DNA from: an uncultured virus (IMG/VR IMGVR_UViG_3300026185_000029)
Lineage: Duplodnaviria > Heunggongvirae > Uroviricota > Caudoviricetes
Strand: one strand, 5' to 3'
DNA: 64,000 nucleotides
Virus record (IMG/VR): IMGVR_UViG_3300026185_000029
This document shows positions 17,986 through 27,513 of this stretch, piece by piece (position 1 is the first letter of the stretch; each line of letters starts with the position of its first letter). The translations under genes and the position numbers were made by a program. Below the pieces are notes generated by a model that searched no databases, was not told the DNA's origin, and saw only the letters and a list, made by a program, of their open reading frames with translations.

Positions 17986-19371
17986 CTACTTAACGGTAAT
18001 GCAAGTCTTTATATTTAACTGCTTAGCCCTTTCGTCCACAGCTTTCTTTATCTTCTTGATTAGTGAGTTCTTACGACGGGAATCTGCAGGTTCGATAGAC
18101 ACTCCATCATATTGATAGAGAGTAATGGCAAACTGTTTAGTTTCCATTGCCAAATCAAAGATGGGCTCTAGAAGGAGCGCTTCATACTCACTTATCTCCT
18201 CTGAGATAATGGAAAGGTGATTTGAGTTATACATACCGTTGCTGGTAAAAGAATGAGGCTTATGGGTTATACCCATTGGAGTCTTAACTTCTTCTTGTGT
18301 AGCCAAGTCCTTAAGCTTTCTAGCTTTACCTTCCATTAATTGGGCTATGATTGGATGCTTTAGGAAGTCATTGCTGCCGAAGTATTGTTCAGAGCATAAT
18401 GTTAATTGTCTTTGTGACATACCATAAACGGCACTATAGAGAAGAGTCTTTAAATTACTCTTTGCTTCAGCGTCTGTTAGGGATAATCCAAGGTCAGGCA
18501 TTAATACTTCCCATATAGATTTACCTTGTGATAGAAGTTCTTGAAGTTCGGGGATGTCCCACAACTTAGCTACTATAGCTAGGTGAGCGTTCTGTAAATC
18601 AAGTTCTATCCAGTGGCCAGTAAGAATCTTGCGGAGGTGGCTGTGGATAGTCTGCAATCCTCTATTGACTTGGAAGAACCTTACAGTATTTCCTGTGAGA
18701 CTAGGTCGATATATTGGTTGAGCTTGCTCCTTCATCTCTTGAAGAATATGGAGTTGCTCTAGATGACATTTAGGATTAACGATTAAGTTTCCTGATTCAT
18801 CTGTGTCATACAATGCTTCCATAGCTAAAGGTATCTTATCAAGAACCTTACTGAAACGGATGGCAGGTAGACGATTAAGATATGTCATAAACTTTAGGAT
18901 TATGGGAGGGGTGTTACTTAGAGATAAATAGAATTGGCTTATTTTCAAGTCTTCTTCCTTTAATTGCTTTCGGGTGTCTTTGTTGAAAGACATACCATTA
19001 GCTATAAAGCATCTCTTTGCCTTTCTATCATAATTCCTTAACTCTTTCTCGACAAGGTCTAAGACCTGTCTAGGGAAGTTAACTGTTGCATGTCTACAGT
19101 AATGTCTATATTTACTGTAAGGCAACACTTCATATTGCATAACTTCATCATGGAAGTCTGTGATATAATTAATACCAGAGAAGCAGTTATTAACAATATC
19201 ATCTAGAACTCTATAATCTCTACCTATCTGATAGATTCCAATAGGAATTTGTCTATAATTTGAATTAAAGAGTAATCTGGACATGTGCCTCCAATGACCC
19301 TCATTGTCTTTTAGACCTGGGTACATAGAGAGTAAAGCTTCTCTGAATTCAACAGTACATGTACGTTTCAT
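17986..19371 (-). CDS. Family-A (PolA/T7-RNAP fold) polymerase-like protein, paralogue 1
   Basis: Motif A WIELDLQNAH, motif B KSNLKTLLYSAVYGMS, motif C LYQYDGV; no exonuclease domain visible. Confidence 0.7.
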   Translation of the reverse strand: MKRTCTVEFREALLSMYPGLKDNEGHWRHMSRLLFNSNYRQIPIGIYQIGRDYRVLDDIVNNCFSGINYITDFHDEVMQYEVLPYSKYRHYCRHATVNFPRQVLDLVEKELRNYDRKAKRCFIANGMSFNKDTRKQLKEEDLKISQFYLSLSNTPPIILKFMTYLNRLPAIRFSKVLDKIPLAMEALYDTDESGNLIVNPKCHLEQLHILQEMKEQAQPIYRPSLTGNTVRFFQVNRGLQTIHSHLRKILTGHWIELDLQNAHLAIVAKLWDIPELQELLSQGKSIWEVLMPDLGLSLTDAEAKSNLKTLLYSAVYGMSQRQLTLCSEQYFGSNDFLKHPIIAQLMEGKARKLKDLATQEEVKTPMGITHKPHSFTSNGMYNSNHLSIISEEISEYEALLLEPIFDLAMETKQFAITLYQYDGVSIEPADSRRKNSLIKKIKKAVDERAKQLNIKTCITVK

Positions 19372-19685
19372 ATTGAATATAGTATTGGTTAAGCTAGAAC
19401 TTAACTAATATTTTACTCCTTTTCTATCTTTGATAGTTAAGGAGTTTTTTCATTTTGACGTATATCTTCTAGACGTAAAGTCTAAGATAAAGTAGCTATA
19501 CGCTATAAGGCATAAGAATTATAGGGATTATGTTGATTAATTAATCACGCCCCAAGGGAGTGAACCATCCTGTGGCCCTCCCTGTCCGGTTGCTGATAAA
19601 GATATGAACTTAAAGATATAATTTTAAGGATATAATCTTAATAGCGATTTTTCCCAAGGTTCCGGTAGTAAAAGGAGTAGAGAAT

Positions 19686-20189
19686 ATGTTTAGAATCATC
19701 GAAGCCGCAAACGAATTTGGCTCCTTAACCATTGAAGGGGCACCGTATCTCTCCAATACTCAATGGCGTCACCTGTTGGCGCCTCTTATGCGGGATTGGT
19801 GCAAGAAGAGAAAGTTAGAGGTCGAACCGTTAACCCCTAATCTCTTCCAACGACATCTGGGAGATAGCCACCCAGTGGCTTTATTTAATACCACTTTCAA
19901 GGTCGAAGGCCTTGAATTCGGTGTTACCCTGAAGACTGATATAAAGGGCGAAATCCTTAGCTTAGAGGTCTCTGAACCTCGGGCTATGGAATGCCCTTTA
20001 CCTTCCAACCGGGAGGCGTTCGTAGGAACGGAAGAATATTATAGTGAGGGTGAGGTATCATACTCTGCCTCCCCTCGCTGTCCCCAACCGGGATGGTTAA
20101 AGGTGGAGTATGATTCCGTAGAATCTCGTACTGCGATTATTGCAATACGAGAGGACCAACAGGAATTCACTTTCCCCATTCCTGCATAA
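19686..20189 (+). CDS. Hypothetical protein (paralogue of 32646)
   Basis: Shares PYLSNTQ/PHLSRTQ, CPLPxxRxxFV and PGW with 32646..33143. Confidence 0.7.
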   Translation: MFRIIEAANEFGSLTIEGAPYLSNTQWRHLLAPLMRDWCKKRKLEVEPLTPNLFQRHLGDSHPVALFNTTFKVEGLEFGVTLKTDIKGEILSLEVSEPRAMECPLPSNREAFVGTEEYYSEGEVSYSASPRCPQPGWLKVEYDSVESRTAIIAIREDQQEFTFPIPA

Positions 20190-20232
20190 ACCAAAAGGAC
20201 ATAGATGGCTTAAGTCTATGTCCTTTTAAGAA

Positions 20233-20285
20233 GCTCCTAATGACAGTACCCCCAGCTATTCTATTAGCATGGTAGGAGCGGGTGC
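20233..20285 (+). ncRNA. Structured family T, copy 1 of 3 (also 24313..24363, 30090..30158)
   Basis: GCTCCT...ACCCCCAR-hairpin-ATGGT-AGGAGC-GGG with a covarying outer stem. Confidence 0.55.
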
Positions 20286-20404
20286 TTAGGTATTAATACT
20301 AAGTAGCAGGTAATAAGTTTACTGAGTGATTTGGTAAACTATATGCCCATAGGCCCCCCTGCGGGTCTATGAATCTGTCAATACACCACACATGGAAAAA
20401 GTAT

Positions 20405-20584
20405 ATGAAAACTAAATCCTATTACGTGGAAGGCTGTGCTCTTCCTAAAGTGGGAGAGACTTCTAGCTACAATGGAAGAAAAGCTACGGTGGTCAATGTA
20501 TTGTTACTTCCACTTCCCCAAGAGGAACAACATCCGCATCAAGGAGAAGCATTTCTCCTGGAAGTAGAGTACAGCTTAGATTAA
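20405..20584 (+). CDS. Hypothetical protein
   Basis: Short ORF, likely ATG 20405. Confidence 0.5.
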   Translation: MKTKSYYVEGCALPKVGETSSYNGRKATVVNVLLLPLPQEEQHPHQGEAFLLEVEYSLD

Positions 20585-20596
20585 TCAGTTTCATTA

Positions 20597-20677
20597 GCAC
20601 ATTAAATAAGGAATGCATTGATGAATAGTAGCAATACTAATCTTTGATGTAGCCCTGTTCAATTCAGGGAATGTGCT
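20597..20677 (+). ncRNA. tRNA-like element (acceptor + T arm, long internal hairpin)
   Basis: GCACATT/AATGTGC, CCCTG-TTCAATT-CAGGG; related to 27409 and 43118. Confidence 0.6.
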
Positions 20678-20699
20678 TTACAGTCTTATTAATAGACTG

Positions 20700-21380
20700 T
20701 CCTGGGTATGTCCTATACCTTTCCTACAGCAGGACCAGAGGTAATAGATAGTCATTGAACTATCAATCCTTTGCGAAGTGATTAGCGTTCATCAATGAAA
20801 GCTAAAAGCAAGGATAATAAAATTAGTTGGCACATACCTGGCCATCTCTACAGTTGAGCTTGGAGATCGAATGAGATCCATGAAGTGAGGGATATAACTT
20901 AGTTACCAAGAAGCAAATTGCTCAGTGGTTGGTAAGTCATATGCTAAGCAGGTATTAATTCAGATAAGAATGAATGTGGAAGCATCGTCCTATGCTTCAT
21001 GCTGTGAACAGCAGTATGTGAGGAAAAAGTTCTTATTGGGAAGTAAGGACATGGATTAGTTAATGTATTCAAGAGTTCATTAATTAGTAACCACGGCTCA
21101 CCATAGTCGTATAAACCAATGAGTGAATAATCTTGGAATGAGATGAAGGGCTATTGGGTCTATACAGGAATTTCCCCTTCTGTATAGATATAAGATTGTG
21201 TAGGCGTATAGTCTATAGTAGCAACAATCAAACTTTCCTTAAGCAAGAAAGAATCTCTTATTGAGATGCGGTACGCTAGTAAGGAATTATAGTCTGCAGC
21301 TATAGTTTCTTATGACTTATTTCAAATCCTTATCTACTGTCACATCAATAGGTGTAGGCAGTAGGTACTGTGATTTGCAT
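20700..21380 (+). ncRNA. Large structured RNA, ROOL-like
   Basis: About 650 nt ORF-free, hairpin-rich, lying between tRNA-type genes. TGAAGTGAGGGATATAA, ATTGCTCAGTGGTTGGTAAG and CCACGGCTCACCATAG recall ROOL RNA from memory; not searched. Confidence 0.5.
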
Positions 21381-21391
21381 TAAGCTGATAT

Positions 21392-21464
21392 GCACCTTTG
21401 GCCGATTGGGGAGGCACCGAGCTCATAACTCGGCTTTAGATTGGTTCGATTCCAATAAGGTGCA
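21392..21464 (+). tRNA. tRNA with CAT anticodon
   Basis: GCACCTT/AAGGTGC, CCGAG-CTCATAA-CTCGG, GGTTCGATTCC. Confidence 0.85.
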
Positions 21465-21504
21465 TGATTCACAAATAATCAATCAGTAAGGAAGGAGTAA
21501 CCTT

Positions 21505-21714
21505 ATGTCCAATACAACCCTCGAACAAGTACTCTCCCAAGTACTCTTCTCGGTTCAAATTATTGAGGAGTATGCAGGATACAAGATGGTTGTGTATGGA
21601 GACGATTTGTCTCCTAGCTTCCTTATCTTCAACGACCAGGGAATGGTGGTGGAGGGCAATACCCTCGACATGGAAATCCCCAGCCTCCAAGCTTGGGTAG
21701 AGCATAACGCGTAA
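21505..21714 (+). CDS. Hypothetical protein (paralogue of 50232)
   Basis: EYxGY..GDDLSP..IF..DM.IP.L..WV shared; AAGGAG RBS. Confidence 0.75.
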   Translation: MSNTTLEQVLSQVLFSVQIIEEYAGYKMVVYGDDLSPSFLIFNDQGMVVEGNTLDMEIPSLQAWVEHNA

Positions 21715-21812
21715 GTTAAGTCCATCTCAGTCTTATATCAATTTATAGGACTGAGGTGGCTAGGTGCAATTCCTAGAATATGTATAGCTAGAAGAAAGAG
21801 GAAGGGAAGAAT

Positions 21813-22226
21813 ATGTCGTTAGTTACTGAAATTAAAGGCTGCCTTGTTAAAGCCGGTCTTAGCCCTGAGGGTGGAGATATAGATTACCCCTATTTCAATT
21901 CTTCTTCCCTGTCCTACCGGGATCCAGGGGGCAATGAGGCAGATATATGTTATACTGCCGAAGGTTTCAAGTTACGGATTGTATCACACAATCCCTTCGA
22001 GGGGAAAGATACAATTACCTATGTCCCTTTGAAAGGGAAGATACCTGATTACTTCCTTATCTACGCGATGGATCAGGAAGATGGTACCATCAACTCCTTA
22101 GTGCTTAAAGGAGCTGCCTTAGGTCATCCTGAGGTCACTCGGTTCATGCAGGATAATCAGGATTCGTTAGGAAGTATGTGCTTCCGCACTGTTTTCTTCA
22201 ACACCCCCCATTTCTGTTGGGGGTAG
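21813..22226 (+). CDS. Hypothetical protein
   Basis: 137-aa ORF with purine-rich RBS. Confidence 0.65.
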   Translation: MSLVTEIKGCLVKAGLSPEGGDIDYPYFNSSSLSYRDPGGNEADICYTAEGFKLRIVSHNPFEGKDTITYVPLKGKIPDYFLIYAMDQEDGTINSLVLKGAALGHPEVTRFMQDNQDSLGSMCFRTVFFNTPHFCWG

Positions 22227-22424
22227 ACACAATCAATCCTCTCTTATATAGGTTCGAGACAAAACTCCTATATAAGAAAGGATTAACAAAGAGAGAGAGA
22301 GGCGTAAAACATTAAGATTTCTACAGATCTTATGTGACCTATATTGATATGTATAGTTGCCGAATAAATGTAGATTCGCTTCAATTAAGTAATTAAGTAA
22401 ACCTAGAAAAAGGAAAGAAGAACA

Positions 22425-23018
22425 ATGACAAACTTTACTAGTGAAATGACTGAGCGTTACCACAGTGTCCAATTAGCAGCTGAGAACATGATCTATCAAT
22501 TCCTAGATGTAGCTTCAGTAATGGAACGCTCCTTAGACCGGGTCTTCATTAAGGCTGAAGACCTTTACGTAGAACATGAAGAACAATTCATTGATACCGG
22601 TGACAAAGTCTTAGCAGGTTTAATGTGGGCGGCTAATGCGGCTTACGTATTCGGGGTTTGGTATCGGGAGCAATTAGAGACTCATACTGAAACCTGGATG
22701 GAAGCATCTTTCATGGATGTCTGCTTCTTCGATTTTCTTGAAGAGGAAGAAGGAGATATTAGTGATGACGATCTTCCTAAACTCATGAGTGGTTGGACAT
22801 TACGGGAGGTAGCGACTCCCATTGTTATGACTGCAGTTGCTGCTTACCGTGCAGCTGACAAAGTTATGAGTCGTCGTGCAAATCTGTTGGCGGCGGAAGT
22901 AGCTAAAATTAACAGCCGATTGAATGCTCAAGTAGCTCAAGTGATCTCTAACATCAAAGAGGAGGTCACCAATCTCTTTAGCTATTGCCGTTCTAACATT
23001 CCCTTTAACTTAGGTTAG
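22425..23018 (+). CDS. Hypothetical protein
   Basis: 197-aa helical, acidic ORF. Confidence 0.7.
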   Translation: MTNFTSEMTERYHSVQLAAENMIYQFLDVASVMERSLDRVFIKAEDLYVEHEEQFIDTGDKVLAGLMWAANAAYVFGVWYREQLETHTETWMEASFMDVCFFDFLEEEEGDISDDDLPKLMSGWTLREVATPIVMTAVAAYRAADKVMSRRANLLAAEVAKINSRLNAQVAQVISNIKEEVTNLFSYCRSNIPFNLG

Positions 23019-23103
23019 AAAGGGAATGTTAGAGAAGGAAGGCTTATAAGACTAATAAGTCTTCCTTTACTCTCTTCGTAACAAGAGTGTAGTGCATAAC
23101 ATA

Positions 23104-23180
23104 ACATCTATAGTTCAATTGGTAGAACATATTGTCTTATATTAAGATGATAGATCCTGGTCCGAATCCAGGTAGATGCA
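23104..23180 (+). ncRNA. tRNA-like element with elongated closed anticodon arm
   Basis: ACATCTA/TAGATGC, D arm GTTC/GAAC, TATTGTCTTA-TAT-TAAGATGATA, CCTGG-TCCGAAT-CCAGG. Confidence 0.7.
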
Positions 23181-23202
23181 TTTTCAATTAGGAAGGCTAA
23201 AA

Positions 23203-23373
23203 ATGGAGGATAATCAAAATCCAATTCTAGCTTTACTCCCGTCCCTTAGGGAAGAGTATGAGAGTTCTTCTCTTAGCAAAGAGATTTGCTTTGAGGATTG
23301 GCTCCACATGAAAAAGTTTACGTATGCCCAAGTAGAGCAGTATCTTGCTGCTCTAGACTATATGGATGAATAA
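23203..23373 (+). CDS. Hypothetical protein
   Basis: Likely ATG 23203 after AGGAAGG. Confidence 0.55.
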   Translation: MEDNQNPILALLPSLREEYESSSLSKEICFEDWLHMKKFTYAQVEQYLAALDYMDE

Positions 23374-23388
23374 TTACAAATTAGAGTT

Positions 23389-23625
23389 ATGGCAAAATCT
23401 GCGCGTAGACGAGCCCACGGAGCACGTATCCTAAATAACTGGGCACGTTCTCATAAAACTGGGCAAGAGCCCTGGAAACTTCTAGAGCTTTCTTTCGGAA
23501 AGGTCTTTAAACAAGACCCTTGGGATTGTGGTAATAGCAGAAAGCGACGAAATTACAAAGAGCGAAAGGCTGCTCGCCGTGAAGAGCGAGAGGCTTACGC
23601 TTTGCTAGAAGAAGAATTTCAATAA
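23389..23625 (+). CDS. Small basic hypothetical protein
   Basis: 78 aa, Arg/Lys-rich. Confidence 0.6.
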   Translation: MAKSARRRAHGARILNNWARSHKTGQEPWKLLELSFGKVFKQDPWDCGNSRKRRNYKERKAARREEREAYALLEEEFQ

Positions 23626-23665
23626 ATTGCACAGGCCTATTCATTTAGGCCTTCTGGAGTTTATT
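23621..23665 (+). promoter_or_regulatory. Leader hairpin family U, copy 1 of 4 (also 25221..25263, 37148..37190, 37953..37995)
   Basis: AATAAATTGYACAGGYCT..AGRYCT..GAGTTTATT, usually just upstream of a start codon. Confidence 0.6.
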
Positions 23666-23681
23666 ATTATTAATCCTTCTT

Positions 23682-23867
23682 ATGAGATCTTTTATTTTAT
23701 TTGGTATAACGTACCAGTACGACTACGAAGGCTGTAGCTTTGAGGAGTTCGTCACCGCAGCGGGGTTAGACCCTGATGATGAATACTCCTGCCAAGATAT
23801 GGTAGGAAAATTCATGAAGATGGTTCGCCAGTCAGGTGGAACTATCTACTTAGAAGATGCTGACTAG
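23682..23867 (+). CDS. Hypothetical protein
   Basis: 61-aa acidic ORF. Confidence 0.55.
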   Translation: MRSFILFGITYQYDYEGCSFEEFVTAAGLDPDDEYSCQDMVGKFMKMVRQSGGTIYLEDAD

Positions 23868-24444
23868 ACTAGAATGAGAAAAGTACTTATCAGTCTCGGA
23901 TACGGAGCAGGTAGGTTGGGTACACTCTCCATTAAGACTAAAAGTTTCTAGTATTGGAATATCCATGTAAGATATAATTGAATTAACTAAATAGTTAATT
24001 TAATTATATTCCTTTTCTATCTTTGATAGTTGAGGAGTATTTTATTTTTATGAGTCTTCTTCAAAAAGACCACTCTGACAGAGTTTTACAATTTATGCCC
24101 TGAAAATCCTGAGATATAAAATGGCTGAAACTCTCACGCTATGAAGGATATGTAGATTTATGACCGCATATTATGCGGTCAGTGCAAGAGAGACCTAAGG
24201 AAGATGACCCAGAAGAAGAAGACCCAGGAGAGGACCGAGGAGATAAAGAAGAAGAGAAGACCCAGAGACCTAGACCTAAATTTCCCAGAATCTCTGTTCA
24301 GTAGTTCTATAAGCCTCCTTGAACAATACCCCCAATCTTAATTGATATGGTGGAGGCGGATGCATCTTTAAGATGTAACAGATAGATAATTTCTATCTCT
24401 ATAAGTTTTTAATTACTTATAGAAAGTTGTTCAAATCAAAAGAA

Positions 24445-24517
24445 CGGGGATTAGCTCAGCGGTTAGAGCAGTGGACTCATAATCCATGTGTCAACAGTTC
24501 AAATCTGTTATCCCCGA
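24445..24517 (+). tRNA. tRNA with CAT anticodon
   Basis: CGGGGAT/ATCCCCG, GTGGA-CTCATAA-TCCAT, AACAG-TTCAAAT-CTGTT. Confidence 0.9.
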
Positions 24518-24547
24518 TAATTCATGTAAAGATAGGAAAGATGCAAG

Positions 24548-24868
24548 ATGAACTTACAAAGTAAATTAGACAAAGCAAGTATTTTCCTTCAAGGGGATTG
24601 GTTTGACCCAGATGCTAGTTTGGCATATGTGCTTCTACAATTACACCTTAAGAAAGTCATCCTCCTAATGGATGTAGCAGACTTTTTAAAGTCTGGATTA
24701 TGTCCTGAGGAGAATGACTCTTATTTCCAGGGACGTGCTCTGGTAAATTTCCTGAAAGCTAATAAGATGCGTTCGGATACTAAAGCTTTAGTAGCCAAAC
24801 TTCAAGAACTTCAGAAGCCCTTGAACATGAAGGCCATACAAGAAGCTTTAGCAACCTTCAGTAAATAG
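24548..24868 (+). CDS. Hypothetical protein
   Basis: 106-aa ORF. Confidence 0.65.
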   Translation: MNLQSKLDKASIFLQGDWFDPDASLAYVLLQLHLKKVILLMDVADFLKSGLCPEENDSYFQGRALVNFLKANKMRSDTKALVAKLQELQKPLNMKAIQEALATFSK

Positions 24869-24904
24869 TATATAGCCCGGTTGGGGCTATACGTATGTAA
24901 ACGG

Positions 24905-24976
24905 GGACTTGTAGCTCAAAGGAAGAGCAACCGACTCATAATCGGTAGGTTGGGATATCGTAATTCCCCAAGTCCA
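24905..24976 (+). tRNA. tRNA with CAT anticodon, atypical T loop
   Basis: GGACTTG/CAAGTCC, ACCGA-CTCATAA-TCGGT, T loop ATCGTAA. Confidence 0.8.
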
Positions 24977-25002
24977 TTTCTTTAATATAAGGAATAAAAG
25001 AT

Positions 25003-25206
25003 ATGTACAAAGTCTATGATGGCCCCTCATATATTGAGTCTTTTGAATTAAAGGAAGCGGCTACCAACTTCATAAATTCAGAGGCCATGGCTGGCAATGA
25101 CGTCAGCGAATACTGGATTGAAAGTCCGAATCCTGACCGACAGTGCCAATGCGGCAGTGGAGAACCGGTAATGGAGTGCCAAGAAGGCACTCCATATTGT
25201 GGCTAA
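25003..25206 (+). CDS. Hypothetical protein with C-terminal CxCGSG (SEC-C-like) motif
   Basis: PDRQCQCGSG...C...C. Confidence 0.6.
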   Translation: MYKVYDGPSYIESFELKEAATNFINSEAMAGNDVSEYWIESPNPDRQCQCGSGEPVMECQEGTPYCG

Positions 25207-25273
25207 TTAATAAATTAATAAATAAATTGTACAGGTCTATATAAAGACCTGATAGAGTTTATTTAACTTAAAT

Positions 25274-25720
25274 ATGGACATTAAGCACAACCCTGAAGTC
25301 CCCACAGGAAACATTAGTATCATCTCTAAAGATGGTGAAGTTGAAGCCTCGGACCCTAGTAGAGTCTTTGGTTACTGCACCTTCAATCAAGAAGATATTC
25401 AGGAGGTTCAGCTTCCTGATTTGTCTGTCCAAAGCATCGCCCTCTTAGCTCGCATTAAAGCTGAGCCGGATGTATCCATGGGCTCGTTCTACGACGAACA
25501 GGGATATGAGAGGGGGTACAACCCCCTGGAGCTATTCGGCTCAGAGGAAACCTTTATCCACCTAAAGCATATTGCTGAAGGTAAGATTACCTCCGGGAAA
25601 GTCGTAGAAGAGCTTGAAGTATTACTCAGTAAATTCTCAGCTCTACCCTTTCATGGGGCGGCAGAGTTAGCTGCTGATTATCTTCTAGGCTCTTTGGAGG
25701 AATTTCCAGTAGAGAGCTAA
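25274..25720 (+). CDS. Hypothetical protein
   Basis: 148 aa, preceded by a family U hairpin. Confidence 0.65.
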   Translation: MDIKHNPEVPTGNISIISKDGEVEASDPSRVFGYCTFNQEDIQEVQLPDLSVQSIALLARIKAEPDVSMGSFYDEQGYERGYNPLELFGSEETFIHLKHIAEGKITSGKVVEELEVLLSKFSALPFHGAAELAADYLLGSLEEFPVES

Positions 25721-25731
25721 GAAGAGCCGTT

Positions 25732-25807
25732 GCATCTATAGTTCAATTAGTAGAACATACTGAGTCGTTAGACTTAGTAGATCCTGGTGCGAATCCAGGT
25801 AGATGTG
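25732..25807 (+). ncRNA. tRNA-like element with elongated closed anticodon arm
   Basis: GCATCTA/TAGATGT, TACTGAGTC-GTTA-GACTTAGTA, CCTGG-TGCGAAT-CCAGG; sister of 23104. Confidence 0.7.
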
Positions 25808-25835
25808 TTTAATATTTGATATAAAGGAGTAGTCC

Positions 25836-26072
25836 ATGATCGGAGAAAGGACGAGTTTATATGGAGCAGCTTCAGACCTTGAAGTTTGCCACCCCACTCC
25901 CAGTGATTGGAAGTTGTATGATCGTTTAAGAGCGCAAGAAGAACAAGAAACTGAAGAGCCACCAATTGAGGTGAATAAAGAGCCACCAACTGAGGTGGTC
26001 GATAAGAATACCATTCGGGTCTACTTCTTTTCTTTCTGTGTTCTAAAGATTGTAAGTAGCAATAAAGGATAG
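25836..26072 (+). CDS. Hypothetical protein
   Basis: AAGGAG RBS; internal EPPxEV repeat. Confidence 0.55.
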   Translation: MIGERTSLYGAASDLEVCHPTPSDWKLYDRLRAQEEQETEEPPIEVNKEPPTEVVDKNTIRVYFFSFCVLKIVSSNKG

Positions 26073-26142
26073 GACAGAATAATATGATTGGATGGGATTT
26101 AATAGCTATCCGTAGTGATGGTAAAAGGATCCCATCTTAGTA

Positions 26143-26219
26143 AGACATCAACTTGGCTGTTTAATAGTACATATTTCTATGAACTATTAAGACTCTCCGT
26201 TCGACTCGGAGGATGTCCA
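26143..26219 (+). ncRNA. tRNA-like element (acceptor + T arm, long hairpin)
   Basis: GACATC/GATGTC, CTCCG-TTCGACT-CGGAG, TTAATAGT..ACTATTAA. Confidence 0.6.
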
Positions 26220-26271
26220 TTTCAATAATTTATAAACACATACACATTAATACCTGGAGGAACGGAAAAAG

Positions 26272-26856
26272 GTGTGTGAAGTATTCGTAGGACCTGCGTT
26301 AAAGGACTGTAGGTATATAGCGGCTAAGGCTGCTGACAAGGCCATACGATCTTACTCCTCAGAACCTAGAGGAGAGGGTACAGAAGCATTCTTTGAATGG
26401 ATGCTTAGTCTGTATGGTGTTAACTTTTGGTCTACCCGGAAGGGAAACAAGGCTGATATCCTCGGATATGACTTCTTCTTAGAGGTTAAGGATTCCGTTG
26501 TAGGAATACAGGTCAAATCCTCGCAAAGAGGAGTAGAGGAGTTTTTAGCTAAAGGAGACTTGGGTAGCTCTATTGTTCTTTTGTGGGTTGATCCTTTACA
26601 GGCTCAATCAAAGAAGGCGTTGTTCAAGACGATGCCTAAACTTCTAAAGGCTTTAGGGTTAGAAGCCCGTCTTGATTCTCAGCTACAAAGTGTGATTGAT
26701 AAAGCTAACGCTTTGTGCAATCATCCACGGATAAAAGGCATTCCTCTAGTAAGAGGTAAAGCCCAAGGCTTCAAGGACTCTGAAATAAGTTTTCTGAAAC
26801 GGTTGGGTTTAATTGGTTTAGACCCAACAAAAACAAAGTACATTTTAAACAAATAA
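26272..26856 (+). CDS. Putative PD-(D/E)XK nuclease-fold protein
   Basis: GEGTE...ADILGYDFF...GIQVKSS motif order. Confidence 0.6.
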   Translation: MCEVFVGPALKDCRYIAAKAADKAIRSYSSEPRGEGTEAFFEWMLSLYGVNFWSTRKGNKADILGYDFFLEVKDSVVGIQVKSSQRGVEEFLAKGDLGSSIVLLWVDPLQAQSKKALFKTMPKLLKALGLEARLDSQLQSVIDKANALCNHPRIKGIPLVRGKAQGFKDSEISFLKRLGLIGLDPTKTKYILNK

Positions 26857-27055
26857 ACAAAAAGGTGATTCCCTACCTAACTAAAACGGGAGGTCTGCTA
26901 GGTCTCTTCTTATATCCAAATGTATTGTGGGTATAAGAAGAGAGCGCTCCAGGGCACAGATAGTTCTTATGAACCATCTGATAGTGCAGTAATGTACTAT
27001 GAATCCCCTTTCATTAAACCATCGGTGGCACCGTTATAGCCAGGGAAATCAGGGT

Positions 27056-27370
27056 ATGAAATTGCATCAATCATGTCGATCAATCGTCGCGGTAATCGTT
27101 ATTACCATCATCCTATTCGGTGCTAAGGCTAGCCTGGCCAAGCCCTTTGAGGATAGTAATCCTCCACCTGATCGAGGTGCACCCAGTCGCACTTCAGATG
27201 GGGGCACAAGGGCAGAGCGTCCTAAAGCTGATACTCCTGACTTAACTGGTCGAGGACGGCCGGATGATCGAAGAGGAGGTGCCTCGAAGAGTCAGGAGGG
27301 TGATTATAAACCTAGGGACAATGGTGGTCCTGCTACTTCACAAGGAAGTGGTACACGATTCACGTGGTAA
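27056..27370 (+). CDS. Secreted low-complexity peptide with three GGTR/GGASK/GSGTR-ended repeats
   Basis: Hydrophobic signal ending ASLA; PPPDRGAPSRTSDGGTR, GRGRPDDRRGGASK, YKPRDNGGPATSQGSGTR. Confidence 0.65.
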   Translation: MKLHQSCRSIVAVIVITIILFGAKASLAKPFEDSNPPPDRGAPSRTSDGGTRAERPKADTPDLTGRGRPDDRRGGASKSQEGDYKPRDNGGPATSQGSGTRFTW

Positions 27371-27408
27371 GCCCTGAGCCTTGCCTGTCTGATTTAAGTC
27401 TGATTTAA

Positions 27409-27484
27409 GCACATTAATGGTTAATATCTCAATTCCTATAATATGAAGGATTGAGATATACCTGTTCGATTCAGGAAATGTGCA
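27409..27484 (+). ncRNA. tRNA-like element (acceptor + T arm, long hairpin)
   Basis: GCACATT/AATGTGC, TATCTCAAT..ATTGAGATA, CCTG-TTCGATT-CAGG. Confidence 0.65.
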
Positions 27485-27513
27485 TTGTACAAAAAAGAAG
27501 TGTAGGAAAAATT

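Noticed and set aside
17986..19371. Reverse transcriptase (YxDD-like YQYDG)
   Set aside because: Single Asp in motif C, and upstream motifs fit family A polymerases rather than RTs
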